A DNA stretch of 64,000 nt, taken from the NCBI GenBank assembly GCA_963800985.1, contig CAWDDI010000034.1:70165-134164 (forward strand). The letters are read 5' to 3'. Positions 38,030 to 46,509 of the stretch are shown piece after piece. Every line of letters starts with the position of its first letter. Within the stretch, counting starts at the first letter, position 1. A model generated the notes under the pieces. That model saw only the letters and a list, made by a program, of their open reading frames with translations. It had not been told where the DNA came from and searched no databases. A program made the position numbers and the translations under genes. The stretch comes from an uncultured Alphaproteobacteria bacterium (GTDB taxonomy: Bacteria; Pseudomonadota; Alphaproteobacteria; Rhizobiales; Beijerinckiaceae).

Positions 38030-39127
38030 CTAATCGACGATGTGGTAGCCACCGTCGACATAAAGGGTTTCGCCGGTGATCAGGCGCGCCGCATCATGCG
38101 CGAGGAATGCCGTCGCAACGCCCACATCGTCGATCGAGACCAGGTGTCGAGCAGGCGCCTTTCCGCGGGCCTTGTCGAGCAACTTGTCGAATTCGGTGAT
38201 CCCGGATGCCGCGCGAGTCGCGAGCGGCCCGGGAGAAATGGCGTGCACGCGGATGCCCTTCGGCCCAAGCTCGGCCGCGAGGTAGCGCACGGCGCTCTCC
38301 AGCGCTGCCTTGGCGACCCCCATGATGTTGTAGTTGCTGACGACCCGTTGGCTCCCGTAATACGTCATCGTGAAGAGCGACCCACCCTTGGTCATCAGCG
38401 GTTCGGCGAGATGGGCCATGCGGATGAAACTCCAGCAGGACACGTCCATGGTGGCGAGGAACCCGTCGCGGGACACGTCTGCGACTCGGCCCTGAAGCGT
38501 CTCCTTTGGCGAAAACGCGATCGAATGCACCACAAAGTCGAGCGCACCCCACTCCGCGCCGATGCGTTCGAACACGCTCTCCATCTGCCCGGGTCGACCG
38601 ACGTCGAGCGGCATCACGATTTTAGCCTCGAGCGCGTCGGCGAGCGGTTGAACGTACTTCTTCGCCTTATCGTTGAGATAGGTCACGGCCAGATCGGTTC
38701 CGAGCGCCCGGAATGCTCGGGCGCATCCCCACGCGATCGAGTTCTCGTTCGCAATGCCGACGATGAGGCCCCGCTTACCGGCCAGGAGCTTCGCCTTCGC
38801 GGCCGGGATGAGCGGCGACCGCCTCGGAAGCTCGGACTTGATCGGCTCACCCTTAAGGAACCGCTCGGCAAGGGCACTGAGATCGCTGAAGGCCTGCCGG
38901 GTGTCCTTGGCGTCGTCGATGCGCGCGATCTCCCGGCCGTCGACCGTGAAGCGCCCCTCGCCCCACGGGGCGACGTCGATGATATATCGGCTGTCGCCGA
39001 CAACGGCGACGAACTCCTGAATGGTCGCCCCCTTTCCGACCGGAAAGTCCTCGTTCGTCGTCCAAGCGAGCGTCCGCTGGACCAAGGTTGCGGAGGATCG
39101 ACTTTCCCCATCGTCGAAGCTGGTCAT
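38030..39127 (-). CDS. fabI: Enoyl-ACP reductase (FabI-type SDR) fused to a ~100-aa N-terminal domain of unknown function
   Basis: The FabI core starts at 'LLAGKRGLIVGIANENSIAWG' and contains 'YNIMGVAKAALE' (Y-x6-K). About 100 aa precede it in the same frame, with no in-frame ATG/GTG/TTG near the junction and 'ggag' before ATG 39127. Confidence 0.85.
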   Translation of the reverse strand: MTSFDDGESRSSATLVQRTLAWTTNEDFPVGKGATIQEFVAVVGDSRYIIDVAPWGEGRFTVDGREIARIDDAKDTRQAFSDLSALAERFLKGEPIKSELPRRSPLIPAAKAKLLAGKRGLIVGIANENSIAWGCARAFRALGTDLAVTYLNDKAKKYVQPLADALEAKIVMPLDVGRPGQMESVFERIGAEWGALDFVVHSIAFSPKETLQGRVADVSRDGFLATMDVSCWSFIRMAHLAEPLMTKGGSLFTMTYYGSQRVVSNYNIMGVAKAALESAVRYLAAELGPKGIRVHAISPGPLATRAASGITEFDKLLDKARGKAPARHLVSIDDVGVATAFLAHDAARLITGETLYVDGGYHIVD

Positions 39128-39173
39128 CCCAAATTCTCCGATTGCCGGCGTCCAAAGCGTTGTGCGGGGTGCA

Positions 39174-39584
39174 CTACGTAGCCTTTATTAAAGCCAGGCT
39201 CCCCTTGAACTCTTCCAATCGTGCGATGGCGATATCGGCCTGGATCCGAGCTGCCTGATCCCTCGATGCATCGCGGGTCATCTCGAGCTGCAGGATTTCT
39301 TCGTCGAGGAATTCGGTTGTCACTTCCTCAACTGTCGCCACACGTTCCGCCAAGATCGTAACGGTCGACCCGGTGACCTCCACCATGCCGCCGCGGACGA
39401 ACGCGCGGCGAGCTTTGCCTTCGGTGTCCCGTGCCAACACGACTCCCGGGTTGAGCATCGTCACCAGCGGCGCGTGCCCGGGGAGGATGGTCATGTCACC
39501 CTCCACCCCAGGGAGCAGGATGGATTCCACCTCACCCGAGAACACGAGACGCTCCGGTGAGATGAGCTCGGCATACATCGGCAT
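39174..39584 (-). CDS. atpC: F-type ATP synthase epsilon-subunit homologue, orphan (no atpD upstream)
   Basis: 'LISPERLVFSGEVESILLPGVEGDMTILPGHAPLVTMLNPGVV...VTILAERV' with a helical C-terminus. About 136 aa, as in alphaproteobacterial epsilon. The upstream 660 bp is non-coding. Confidence 0.8.
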   Translation of the reverse strand: MPMYAELISPERLVFSGEVESILLPGVEGDMTILPGHAPLVTMLNPGVVLARDTEGKARRAFVRGGMVEVTGSTVTILAERVATVEEVTTEFLDEEILQLEMTRDASRDQAARIQADIAIARLEEFKGSLALIKAT

Positions 39585-40246
39585 TGGTGTCTTCTCGCTC
39601 TCTGCCTCAGATCGGCGTGACTCTCTTTAAGCGCAGGCTAGAATAGCATATCCAGCCGCCGCGTTCCTCAGAATACCATCACGCCCGCCCGACCATGCGT
39701 CTTCCCGCGAAGGGTCGGCGAACGGCCGGACGTCCTTCACTACGGGTGCATTCTATCCTCATCTGCCGCGTCGAAATCGCGCCGGCTGTGGCCGCCCGCC
39801 GGAGGCATCTCGTCACCCCTCCGAGCACGCCAAAGGATCAGACGAGCCACGCCGGCCGTCGGACGTGCTTAAAATGTCAAGAGATTGTCACTTATGGTCA
39901 AGCAAGGCTTCTTGTTCGAGATAGAGAGAAATAGAGGGGAACCCGCGGACGCACGACTATCAACGATGTGTCAGGTTCAAGCTCGATCCGAGGAGTAAGC
40001 ATGTCGCGTCGGGAAAGAGGGGCAAGGCATTCCACAGGTGCGATGAGCCGCATTTGCGAGCACGTTCGATGCTCGGCTCTTTCTTGATGGTCGTGCCACT
40101 CGTGCTCGCTGTGGTTCTGTCGTTTCTTGCGCTCGTCCCGAGGGACGTGGGCGAGTGAAATCGTCGGCGCCAAGAGACTTGCACCCCCTTAGATCAAGCG
40201 ATCCGCCAGGATGGCCTCTCCACCCCGCCCGCGATTAGAGGTGTCT

Positions 40247-40690
40247 ATGCTCAAGGTTCACCGTGCTCTTCGTTCCAGTCTGCTCGCGGCAGCGGCGACG
40301 CTCGCCTCAGTGCTGGCGTCACCCACTTCGGCCGCAAACGGTACCGTGTACTTCGAAGTCGTCAAAGCTGGGTTTATCGTCGGTGTCGGACGCGGTAGCG
40401 GAACCCTGGTCTTCAACGGTCGTCGCTATCCTCTCAGCGTAGGCGGCTTGAGCTTCGGCGCGACGATCGGAGCATCGAAGACCGAGCTCATCGGAACCGC
40501 TTACAACCTGCGCCAAGCCTCCGACATCGCGGGCACTTATACCGCCGTAGGCGCCGGGGTTGCGGTTGCCGGCGGCGGGTCGAGCATTCGGCTTCAGAAC
40601 GCCAGAGGGGTGGTTCTCGACCTGCGCGGTCGCAATATCGGTCTTGAAATTTCCGCGAATGTGAGCGGAGTGGAGATCAGCCTGCGCTAA
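40247..40690 (+). CDS. Exported Gly-rich beta-type protein (DUF1134-like, tentative)
   Basis: Signal peptide 'MLKVHRALRSSLLAAAATLASVLASPTSA'. 'GSGTLVFNGRRYPLSVGGLSFGATIGAS...GTAYNLRQASDIAGTYTAVGAGVAVAGG'. SD 'gagg' before ATG 40247. Confidence 0.65.
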   Translation: MLKVHRALRSSLLAAAATLASVLASPTSAANGTVYFEVVKAGFIVGVGRGSGTLVFNGRRYPLSVGGLSFGATIGASKTELIGTAYNLRQASDIAGTYTAVGAGVAVAGGGSSIRLQNARGVVLDLRGRNIGLEISANVSGVEISLR

Positions 40691-40699
40691 GCGCAGGCC

Positions 40700-41230
40700 T
40701 ATCAGCAGGGGCGCTCCGTGGTGCAAGCAAAGTCGATGTGCTGGTCGCCACCACACGCAGGCGGGCCGACCGGGCGAAGATGTTCTCGGGCGCCCGGTGG
40801 CCGGCCTTGTCCTTTGCCGACATCACCGTTTCGATCCCGCCCTCGCAGCAGATCGGCTTGGATCCCGCCCTCGCACACACCGCAGATCGGCGAGGTGCAA
40901 TGGCCGCGGCAGGTGTCCGGTGGCGCGGGCACCCATGTTGTAACGCCCAAGGCAAACGTGATCGAGCGCCCGCGGGCCCTCGCCTGGTTCCGACGTACCC
41001 ATCAGACCGTGCCCCAGCGACGTTGTGGTCTTCATTCACGGTTTCAACAACCGCTCCGACGACGCGGTCTTCCGTTTAGCGCAGATCGTGCACGACTCCT
41101 GCGCGCCGTTGGTGTCGATCTTGTTGACTTGGCCCCCGGGGCAGCGTGCTCGCTAAAGCTACGACTGGCGGAGCGCGGCCTGTTCCCGGGGCGCCCTCGA
41201 GCGCAGGCGGAGGGCCATCGCCCGTGAATG
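40700..41230 (+). pseudogene. Decayed alpha/beta-hydrolase (DUF900-type) gene remnant
   Basis: Collinear fragments lie in different frames. They are 'ADITVSIPPSQQIG', then 'VVVFIHGFNNRSDDAVFRLAQIVHDSCAPLVSILLTWPPG', then an in-frame stop, then 'YDWRSAACSRGALERRRRAIA'. The 3' end is truncated. Confidence 0.6.
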
Positions 41231-41337
41231 ATGTGGACATGAAGTGAGGGAGGAAAAGCGTGCTGCTCGCATCGGTGACGCCTCAAGGGGGCGCAAGAGG
41301 GACGGAGCGGCAACGGCGGGCTTTGCCGTCGGTTGGG

Positions 41338-41829
41338 ATGCGCCGCCGAGCATCGTTGCCGCGAATTCTCCCTCCGATCTTGTGTATCGCGGGGATCGCA
41401 GCCCTTTCGGCTTCCGGCTGCACCTCGACCACCCAGGCGGTGACCGCTTCCAACACCGGTCTCGCGGCGCCCGCGGCTTTCGGACGAGAACGACTGATCG
41501 GACGCTGGGGGATCGCATCGTTTCACACCGACAAGGACCGCAAGCGCACCGAAGGGGAAGCCAGAGCGCAATGCGGCCTCCCTTATACCATTTCGAAGGG
41601 ACCAACCGACGGAGTGATGATGCATGTCGCCGATGATCCGAAGCTCTACGAACTCAGGCTCAAGGGCACGACGGCAGGACGGACCTATCTCGGCTTCGAA
41701 GCGCCTGCAGGCGATCCGCAGGATCGCGAGATCCTGTCCGCAACGGACAATCTCATGACCATGCGCTTCGTCGATCCAGAGGTGCATCGGCGCTACGGAA
41801 CATTCGTCTATGTGCGCTGCGGCGCCTAA
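41338..41829 (+). CDS. Lipoprotein, hypothetical
   Basis: 'MRRRASLPRILPPILCIAGIAALSASGC' lipobox. The remainder is non-repetitive. Confidence 0.6.
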   Translation: MRRRASLPRILPPILCIAGIAALSASGCTSTTQAVTASNTGLAAPAAFGRERLIGRWGIASFHTDKDRKRTEGEARAQCGLPYTISKGPTDGVMMHVADDPKLYELRLKGTTAGRTYLGFEAPAGDPQDREILSATDNLMTMRFVDPEVHRRYGTFVYVRCGA

Positions 41830-41864
41830 TGATCGATGCACCCGACGTTCACGGGAGGATGAGA

Positions 41865-42513
41865 ATGGCACCGAGAGCGGGCCGCAGGGCTGAAGGAACG
41901 GGCACCGTGCTTGCCGCCGTCGCAGGCGTTTGGCTCAGCGCCTGCCTTCCCGAGCCGGCAATGGCCCAAGCAGGAGTCGACGCGAATCGCGCCGGAGACG
42001 CTCGACGTCGGTGACGAGCCCGGCCGGATATCGACGGAAGAGGCTGTGATCAGCGAGGGACCGTACGCCCGGCAGATCGTGTTTTTCAGATCGAGCGAGC
42101 CGGCCGGCACGTTGGTCGTCCACACGGCGGAGCGGTTCATCTACCTCGTCCAAGGAAACAATCGGGCCCTTCGCTATGGCATCGGGGTCGGACGCGAAGG
42201 CGTTCAATGGTCCGGACTGGTGCGGGTCAGCCGCAAGGCCGAGTGGCCGGACTGGCGCCCGCCGCCGGAGATGATCGCGCGCCAGCCGTATCTTCCGCGC
42301 TTCATGGCGGGCGGCCCCGGCAATCCGATGGGCGCCCGCGCGCTCTATCTCGGGTCGACGGTGTTTCGGATCCACGGAACCAATCAGCCGGAAACGATCG
42401 GTCACGCCATTTCGTCCGGCTGCTTTCGGCTTGCGAACGGCGACATCATCGATCTCTTCGACCGCGTGCCGGTCGGCACCAAAGTCGTGGTCCGTCACGG
42501 CGCAAGCCTCTGA
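41865..42513 (+). pseudogene. Second L,D-transpeptidase (YkuD), with the signal peptide and catalytic domain in different frames
   Basis: 'MAPRAGRRAEGTGTVLAAVAGVWLSACLPEPAMAQ' (ATG 41865, SD 'gggagga') lies in the frame of ORF 41829..42014. 'FIYLVQGNNRALRYGIGVGREG...FRIHGTNQPETIGHAISSGCFRL' lies in the frame of ORF 41911..42513. The switch is near 41960-42010. Confidence 0.7.
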
Positions 42514-42562
42514 GGCGGCCTGAAGCCGGAGTTCCTGAGCCCTATCGTGGAGATCGACGAAT

Positions 42563-43600
42563 ATGTGGAGCGCAGCCAAGGCCTATGCCCCTTCTGTCGT
42601 CGCCTGGATCGCGACCGCCCTCCTCTTGGCATCTGGTGCGCCGGTCGCGGCCGGCACCCTCGAAACCGTCAAGCAGCGCGGCGCCGTTCAGTGCGGTGTG
42701 AGCGAAGGCCTGTTCGGATTCTCCGAGCAGAACGGTCAGGGCGAATGGTCCGGATTCGACGTCGATTTCTGTCGCGCGGTGGCCGGGGCCGTCTTCGACG
42801 ACCCGACAAAGGTGACCTTCGTGCCGCTGTCCGCGAGCGAGCGGTTCAATGCGCTTCGCGCCGGCCGCGTCGACCTGCTGTCCCGGAACTCGACATGGAC
42901 GTTGGAACGGGAAGCGGGCCTTGGTCTCGCCTTCGCGGGCATCACCTATCACGACGGTCAGGGTTTCATGATCATGCGTGATCTCAACGCACTCTCTGCG
43001 CTCGAACTCGACCGCGCCAGGGTCTGCGTCGAGACCGGCACGACGAGCCAACTCAATCTCGCCGACTTCTTCCGTGCCAACTCGATGACTTTCGAAGAGC
43101 GGGCGTTCCCGAGCAGCTCCGAGGCCCTCGGAGCATTCCAGTCCGGTCAGTGCAACGTCCTCACGAGAGATCTGTCGGCACTCTATGCGGAGCGCCTGAA
43201 ACTCAGCCGCCCGACGGACGCCGTCATTCTGCCCGACGTCATCTCGAAGGAGCCCCTCGGGCCGGTGACCCGCGCGGATGACTTCGCCTGGTTCAATGTC
43301 GTCAAATGGGTGAATTTCGCCCTCGTCAACGCGGAAGAGCTCGGCATATCGTCCGGGACCGCAGCCGAGGCCATGACGTCCCGCAAGCCCGACGTGCGCC
43401 GCTTCGTGGGCGCTGAAGGCGGCCTCGGCAAGATGCTCGGGCTCCAAGACGCATGGGCGCTAAGCGCCGTCCGCGCCGCCGGCAATTACGCCGAGATCTA
43501 CGAGCGGAACCTCGGCGTCAAGTCGCGCCTCGGCATCCCCCGTGGTCTCAACCAGCTGTGGAGCATGGGCGGCGTGCTCTACGCCCCTCCATTGCGGTGA
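42563..43600 (+). CDS. aapJ: General L-amino-acid ABC transporter substrate-binding protein (AapJ/BztA-like)
   Basis: 'GTLETVKQRGAVQCGVSEGLFGFSE...WSGFDVDFCRAVAGAVFDDPTKV...LLSRNSTWTLERE...ITYHDGQGFM' closely follows AapJ. Confidence 0.88.
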   Translation: MWSAAKAYAPSVVAWIATALLLASGAPVAAGTLETVKQRGAVQCGVSEGLFGFSEQNGQGEWSGFDVDFCRAVAGAVFDDPTKVTFVPLSASERFNALRAGRVDLLSRNSTWTLEREAGLGLAFAGITYHDGQGFMIMRDLNALSALELDRARVCVETGTTSQLNLADFFRANSMTFEERAFPSSSEALGAFQSGQCNVLTRDLSALYAERLKLSRPTDAVILPDVISKEPLGPVTRADDFAWFNVVKWVNFALVNAEELGISSGTAAEAMTSRKPDVRRFVGAEGGLGKMLGLQDAWALSAVRAAGNYAEIYERNLGVKSRLGIPRGLNQLWSMGGVLYAPPLR

Positions 43601-43849
43601 CCCCACGATGGTTTTCATCCGGCCGGAATGTTCGGCCACGAAGGAAGAGCACATGCAGAAACCACCACCCGGGAATGATTATGCACCGCTGCTGTACCGG
43701 CCGGCAGTGCGCCTGCTTGTCGAGGCCTGCAACACAGGTCGCAGGTGACTTGGAAGAACTCCAAGGTTGATGATGATTAGCACTTGCGCCATGGTTTGGT
43801 TCCGCACGGATAACCGCTGTCGACGATCGAACCTTTAAGAGAGGTCATC

Positions 43850-44278
43850 ATGAACGTTACGGGACTTGCCGGTGCGGCTGGGCTCGGACTGGCGTTTGCT
43901 ATGTCTGCCGCGGTGTCGGGCGGCATGGCGGCCGAGTCAGGACTTTCCGCCTTTCAGGGGGCCTGGCTGCAGTCGAGCCCCTCATGTGCCGAGGTTTATT
44001 CGTTTTCGGGCAAAGACGTTTCGTTCCGGTCGCCCGTGGACATCTTCGCTCCGGCGTTCATCATCTCCGGTAATCGCCTGCGAACCCCGCAGGCGTCATG
44101 CCGGATCCGATCGGTTAGGCCGGCCGGCGACCGTCAGCTCCTCACCCTGGATTGCGCCAACATGGTATCCGCCAATGAGGTGAGGGTTCTCATGGCGCGC
44201 GCCCCCGACGGCTCACTGCGCCGCTATTTCAATGATCAGGACACGGCTGGCACCCCATACCAGCGTTGCTCGCGGTGA
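43850..44278 (+). CDS. Exported hypothetical protein (142 aa)
   Basis: Signal-like 'MNVTGLAGAAGLGLAFAMSAAVSGGMAA'. Four Cys residues. SD 'gagagg'. Confidence 0.55.
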   Translation: MNVTGLAGAAGLGLAFAMSAAVSGGMAAESGLSAFQGAWLQSSPSCAEVYSFSGKDVSFRSPVDIFAPAFIISGNRLRTPQASCRIRSVRPAGDRQLLTLDCANMVSANEVRVLMARAPDGSLRRYFNDQDTAGTPYQRCSR

Positions 44279-44430
44279 GGCTCAACGCAGACCAGGACTC
44301 GTTCGAGAAACCGCCTCCCTACCGCAGGTCGATCCTCGTCGGGCAGCTGGCACGCCAACCGTCATTTCGAACGTTCCCGGTCTGCGTGCTCCAGCGTCAT
44401 GCTCTGAACCCTCGAAGGTAGCGCGGGGAC

Positions 44431-45165
44431 CTACCTTGCGGATGTTCCGGGCGCGAGACCGGTGACCTGATCGGAGGGCTCCTCGCTGAGCCAGCGATAG
44501 AGGACTCCGCCAAGCGCTCCGCCGATGAGCGGCGCCACCCAGAACAGCCAGAGTTGGGCGAGCGCCCATCCGCCGACGAACAGAGCCGGACCGGTGCTCC
44601 GGGCGGGGTTGACGGACGTGTTCGTGACCGGGATGCCGACGAGATGGATCAGGGTCAACCCAAGCCCGATGGCGATGGGAGCAAATCCAACCGGCGCTTT
44701 GCCATGCGTCGCGCCCATGATGATGAACAGGAACATCATGGTGAGGACGACCTCGGCCAGGAGACCCGAGAACAAGCCGTACTTGCCGGGCGAATGATCG
44801 CCGTAGCCGTTCGCGGCAAAGCCCTTGGCGAGATCGAAGTCGGGTGCCCCGCTCGCGATGGCATAAAGGATCGCAGCCGCTACGACGCCGCCGATGACCT
44901 GGGCGACCACATAGGGGATGATATCCTTGGGCGGAAAGCGTCCGCCGGCGGCGAGGCCGACCGTGACTGCCGGATTGAGGTGACAGCCCGAGATGTGACC
45001 GATGGCGTAGGCCATGGTGAGCACGGTCAAGCCGAAGGCGAGGGAAACACCGAGCAGCCCAATGCCGACCTGCGGGAACCCTGCCGCAATCACGGCGCTG
45101 CCACAGCCCGCAAACGTGAGCCAGAAGGTGCCGATGGTCTCTGCGAGGCACTTGCGAAAGTCCAT
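44431..45165 (-). CDS. aqpZ: Aquaporin Z
   Basis: Two NPA boxes, '[14 protein letters not shown]' and '[18 protein letters not shown]'. Start at MDFRKCLAE (45165). Confidence 0.93.
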   Translation of the reverse strand: MDFRKCLAETIGTFWLTFAGCGSAVIAAGFPQVGIGLLGVSLAFGLTVLTMAYAIGHISGCHLNPAVTVGLAAGGRFPPKDIIPYVVAQVIGGVVAAAILYAIASGAPDFDLAKGFAANGYGDHSPGKYGLFSGLLAEVVLTMMFLFIIMGATHGKAPVGFAPIAIGLGLTLIHLVGIPVTNTSVNPARSTGPALFVGGWALAQLWLFWVAPLIGGALGGVLYRWLSEEPSDQVTGLAPGTSAR

Positions 45166-45280
45166 GGTGTTCCTCCGAGAGGCAGGGCTGGGATGAGCTG
45201 GATGAAGATCTGCAACAAGCACGCCATTCCGTTCATGTCGTTTCAGCCCGGCATGGCTATGCGGAAATCGGCAGCCGGCC

Positions 45281-45613
45281 TCATCGCGACATGAGATTGC
45301 GCGCGAGCATCACCGCCGCGGAATCCTGGGAACCGCCTCGCGTGGCCGGCATCTGCTTTCCGGCCTTGATCGTGAACTCGGTCATGACGCCTAGGATCTG
45401 CTCGTCCGATTGGGCTACGCCCGCGGCATCGAAGTCCTTGCGGATCTTGCTGAACACGTCGCTGCGCTCGGGATCGCGCGTCGTGCCCATCGCAGCAAGG
45501 GAGTCCGAATAGGCATCGGCGTCCCGCCCTGTGATGCCCATCTGCTCAGCGGCCCACCGGCCGAGGAGCTTATTGCGAAGAATCGTCTTCGCCATGTCAT
45601 CGAAGCCGGTCAT
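45281..45613 (-). CDS. DUF1476 / ATPase-inhibitor zeta-subunit-like protein, internally shortened
   Basis: 'MTGFDD...[27 protein letters not shown]...[22 protein letters not shown]' matches the zeta/DUF1476 layout. About 20 aa are missing after the N-terminal 'MTxFDD'. Confidence 0.7.
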   Translation of the reverse strand: MTGFDDMAKTILRNKLLGRWAAEQMGITGRDADAYSDSLAAMGTTRDPERSDVFSKIRKDFDAAGVAQSDEQILGVMTEFTIKAGKQMPATRGGSQDSAAVMLARNLMSR

Positions 45614-45753
45614 CCAAAAATCTCCGATCGCCTGCCGTTGAACGCGCCTTTTGCCAGCGCGCACCGTGGCCGGGTGGGTTGGACCAATCTTTCCCGCGCT
45701 CGCCTCGTATCCGCCGTCCGCTGCTCGGTGCCCTGAAATGACCCGAGACCTCG

Positions 45754-45930
45754 CTAGTGAGGGAGACCACGCATCGGCAGTGCGGCTCCGCCGAAATTAT
45801 CGTTGCGGAACGCGGGCGACTGGTAGGCTTGGGAGGCCACGTAGTTCGGCGGACGGCCCTGAGACTCCGAGCCGGAAACGCAACCCGTTACGAGGACGCT
45901 GACCGCGAGCGCTGCGCCGACCAGTCTCAT
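45754..45930 (-). CDS. Small lipoprotein, hypothetical (58 aa)
   Basis: 'MRLVGAALAVSVLVTGC' lipobox. This is the internal start of ORF 45754..46137. Confidence 0.4.
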   Translation of the reverse strand: MRLVGAALAVSVLVTGCVSGSESQGRPPNYVASQAYQSPAFRNDNFGGAALPMRGLPH

Positions 45931-46509
45931 GAGATCCTCCTCGGTTCGAGCCGCCGTCTCCTTCAAGACCTCGAGTTTGGGGCGACCGCCCTTTCTCCCC
46001 GCAACCACGACCGAAGGACTGAGGCCCACGCTGGCCGGCTTTGCTCTACCGCGCCCACTCTTCCGACAACGGCCGAACTTGTCGATCGCCGGAACGACAG
46101 AGTGCATCAGTCGGCGCCCTCCTCTTCCACCAGGCATAGGCTAGACGCAAAAACAATAGGACGCGAATGCCCGCAACGGTCCATGGGTCCTAACCGGGAA
46201 GACGGCAAGACCTGCACCCGTCGACGGTCCTGATCACCTCCGGGCGGGATGCAGATCACCAAAACCTCCTGCCGGGCTGAGATCGGACCGGTCAAAGTGT
46301 CGACTATCCTGTCTACCAAAGCTTTCGGGTCGTCTGCTTGACCGCATGGGACACTGGTTTGACAGAACGCGCCACCGCGGGTGATCGCACCCGACGACAG
46401 CCTCTTGGCGATCGCGACGGAGGTGCCCGAGCCCCTGCTGCGGGATGCTGGAGCATCTCCTCGAGGAGGAGAGCGTCGCGCGCATGGCCGCTCGGCCAGA
46501 GTGGCGCCT

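Noticed and set aside
40001-40158. Small ORFs in the 39.6-40.2 kb spacer. One is a 28-aa ORF with a good SD at 40001. The other is a 29-aa hydrophobic ORF 'MLGSFLMVVPLVLAVVLSFLALVPRDVGE' at 40069.
   Set aside because: They are too short and unconserved-looking to call. The hydrophobic one has no SD. They are worth checking only with ribosome profiling.
39585-40246. FNR/FixK box (TTGAT-N4-ATCAA) upstream of the epsilon-FabI-USP operon
   Set aside because: The closest candidate, 'TTGTCACTTATGGTCAA', has the wrong spacing. It is treated instead as part of the GTCA direct-repeat observation.
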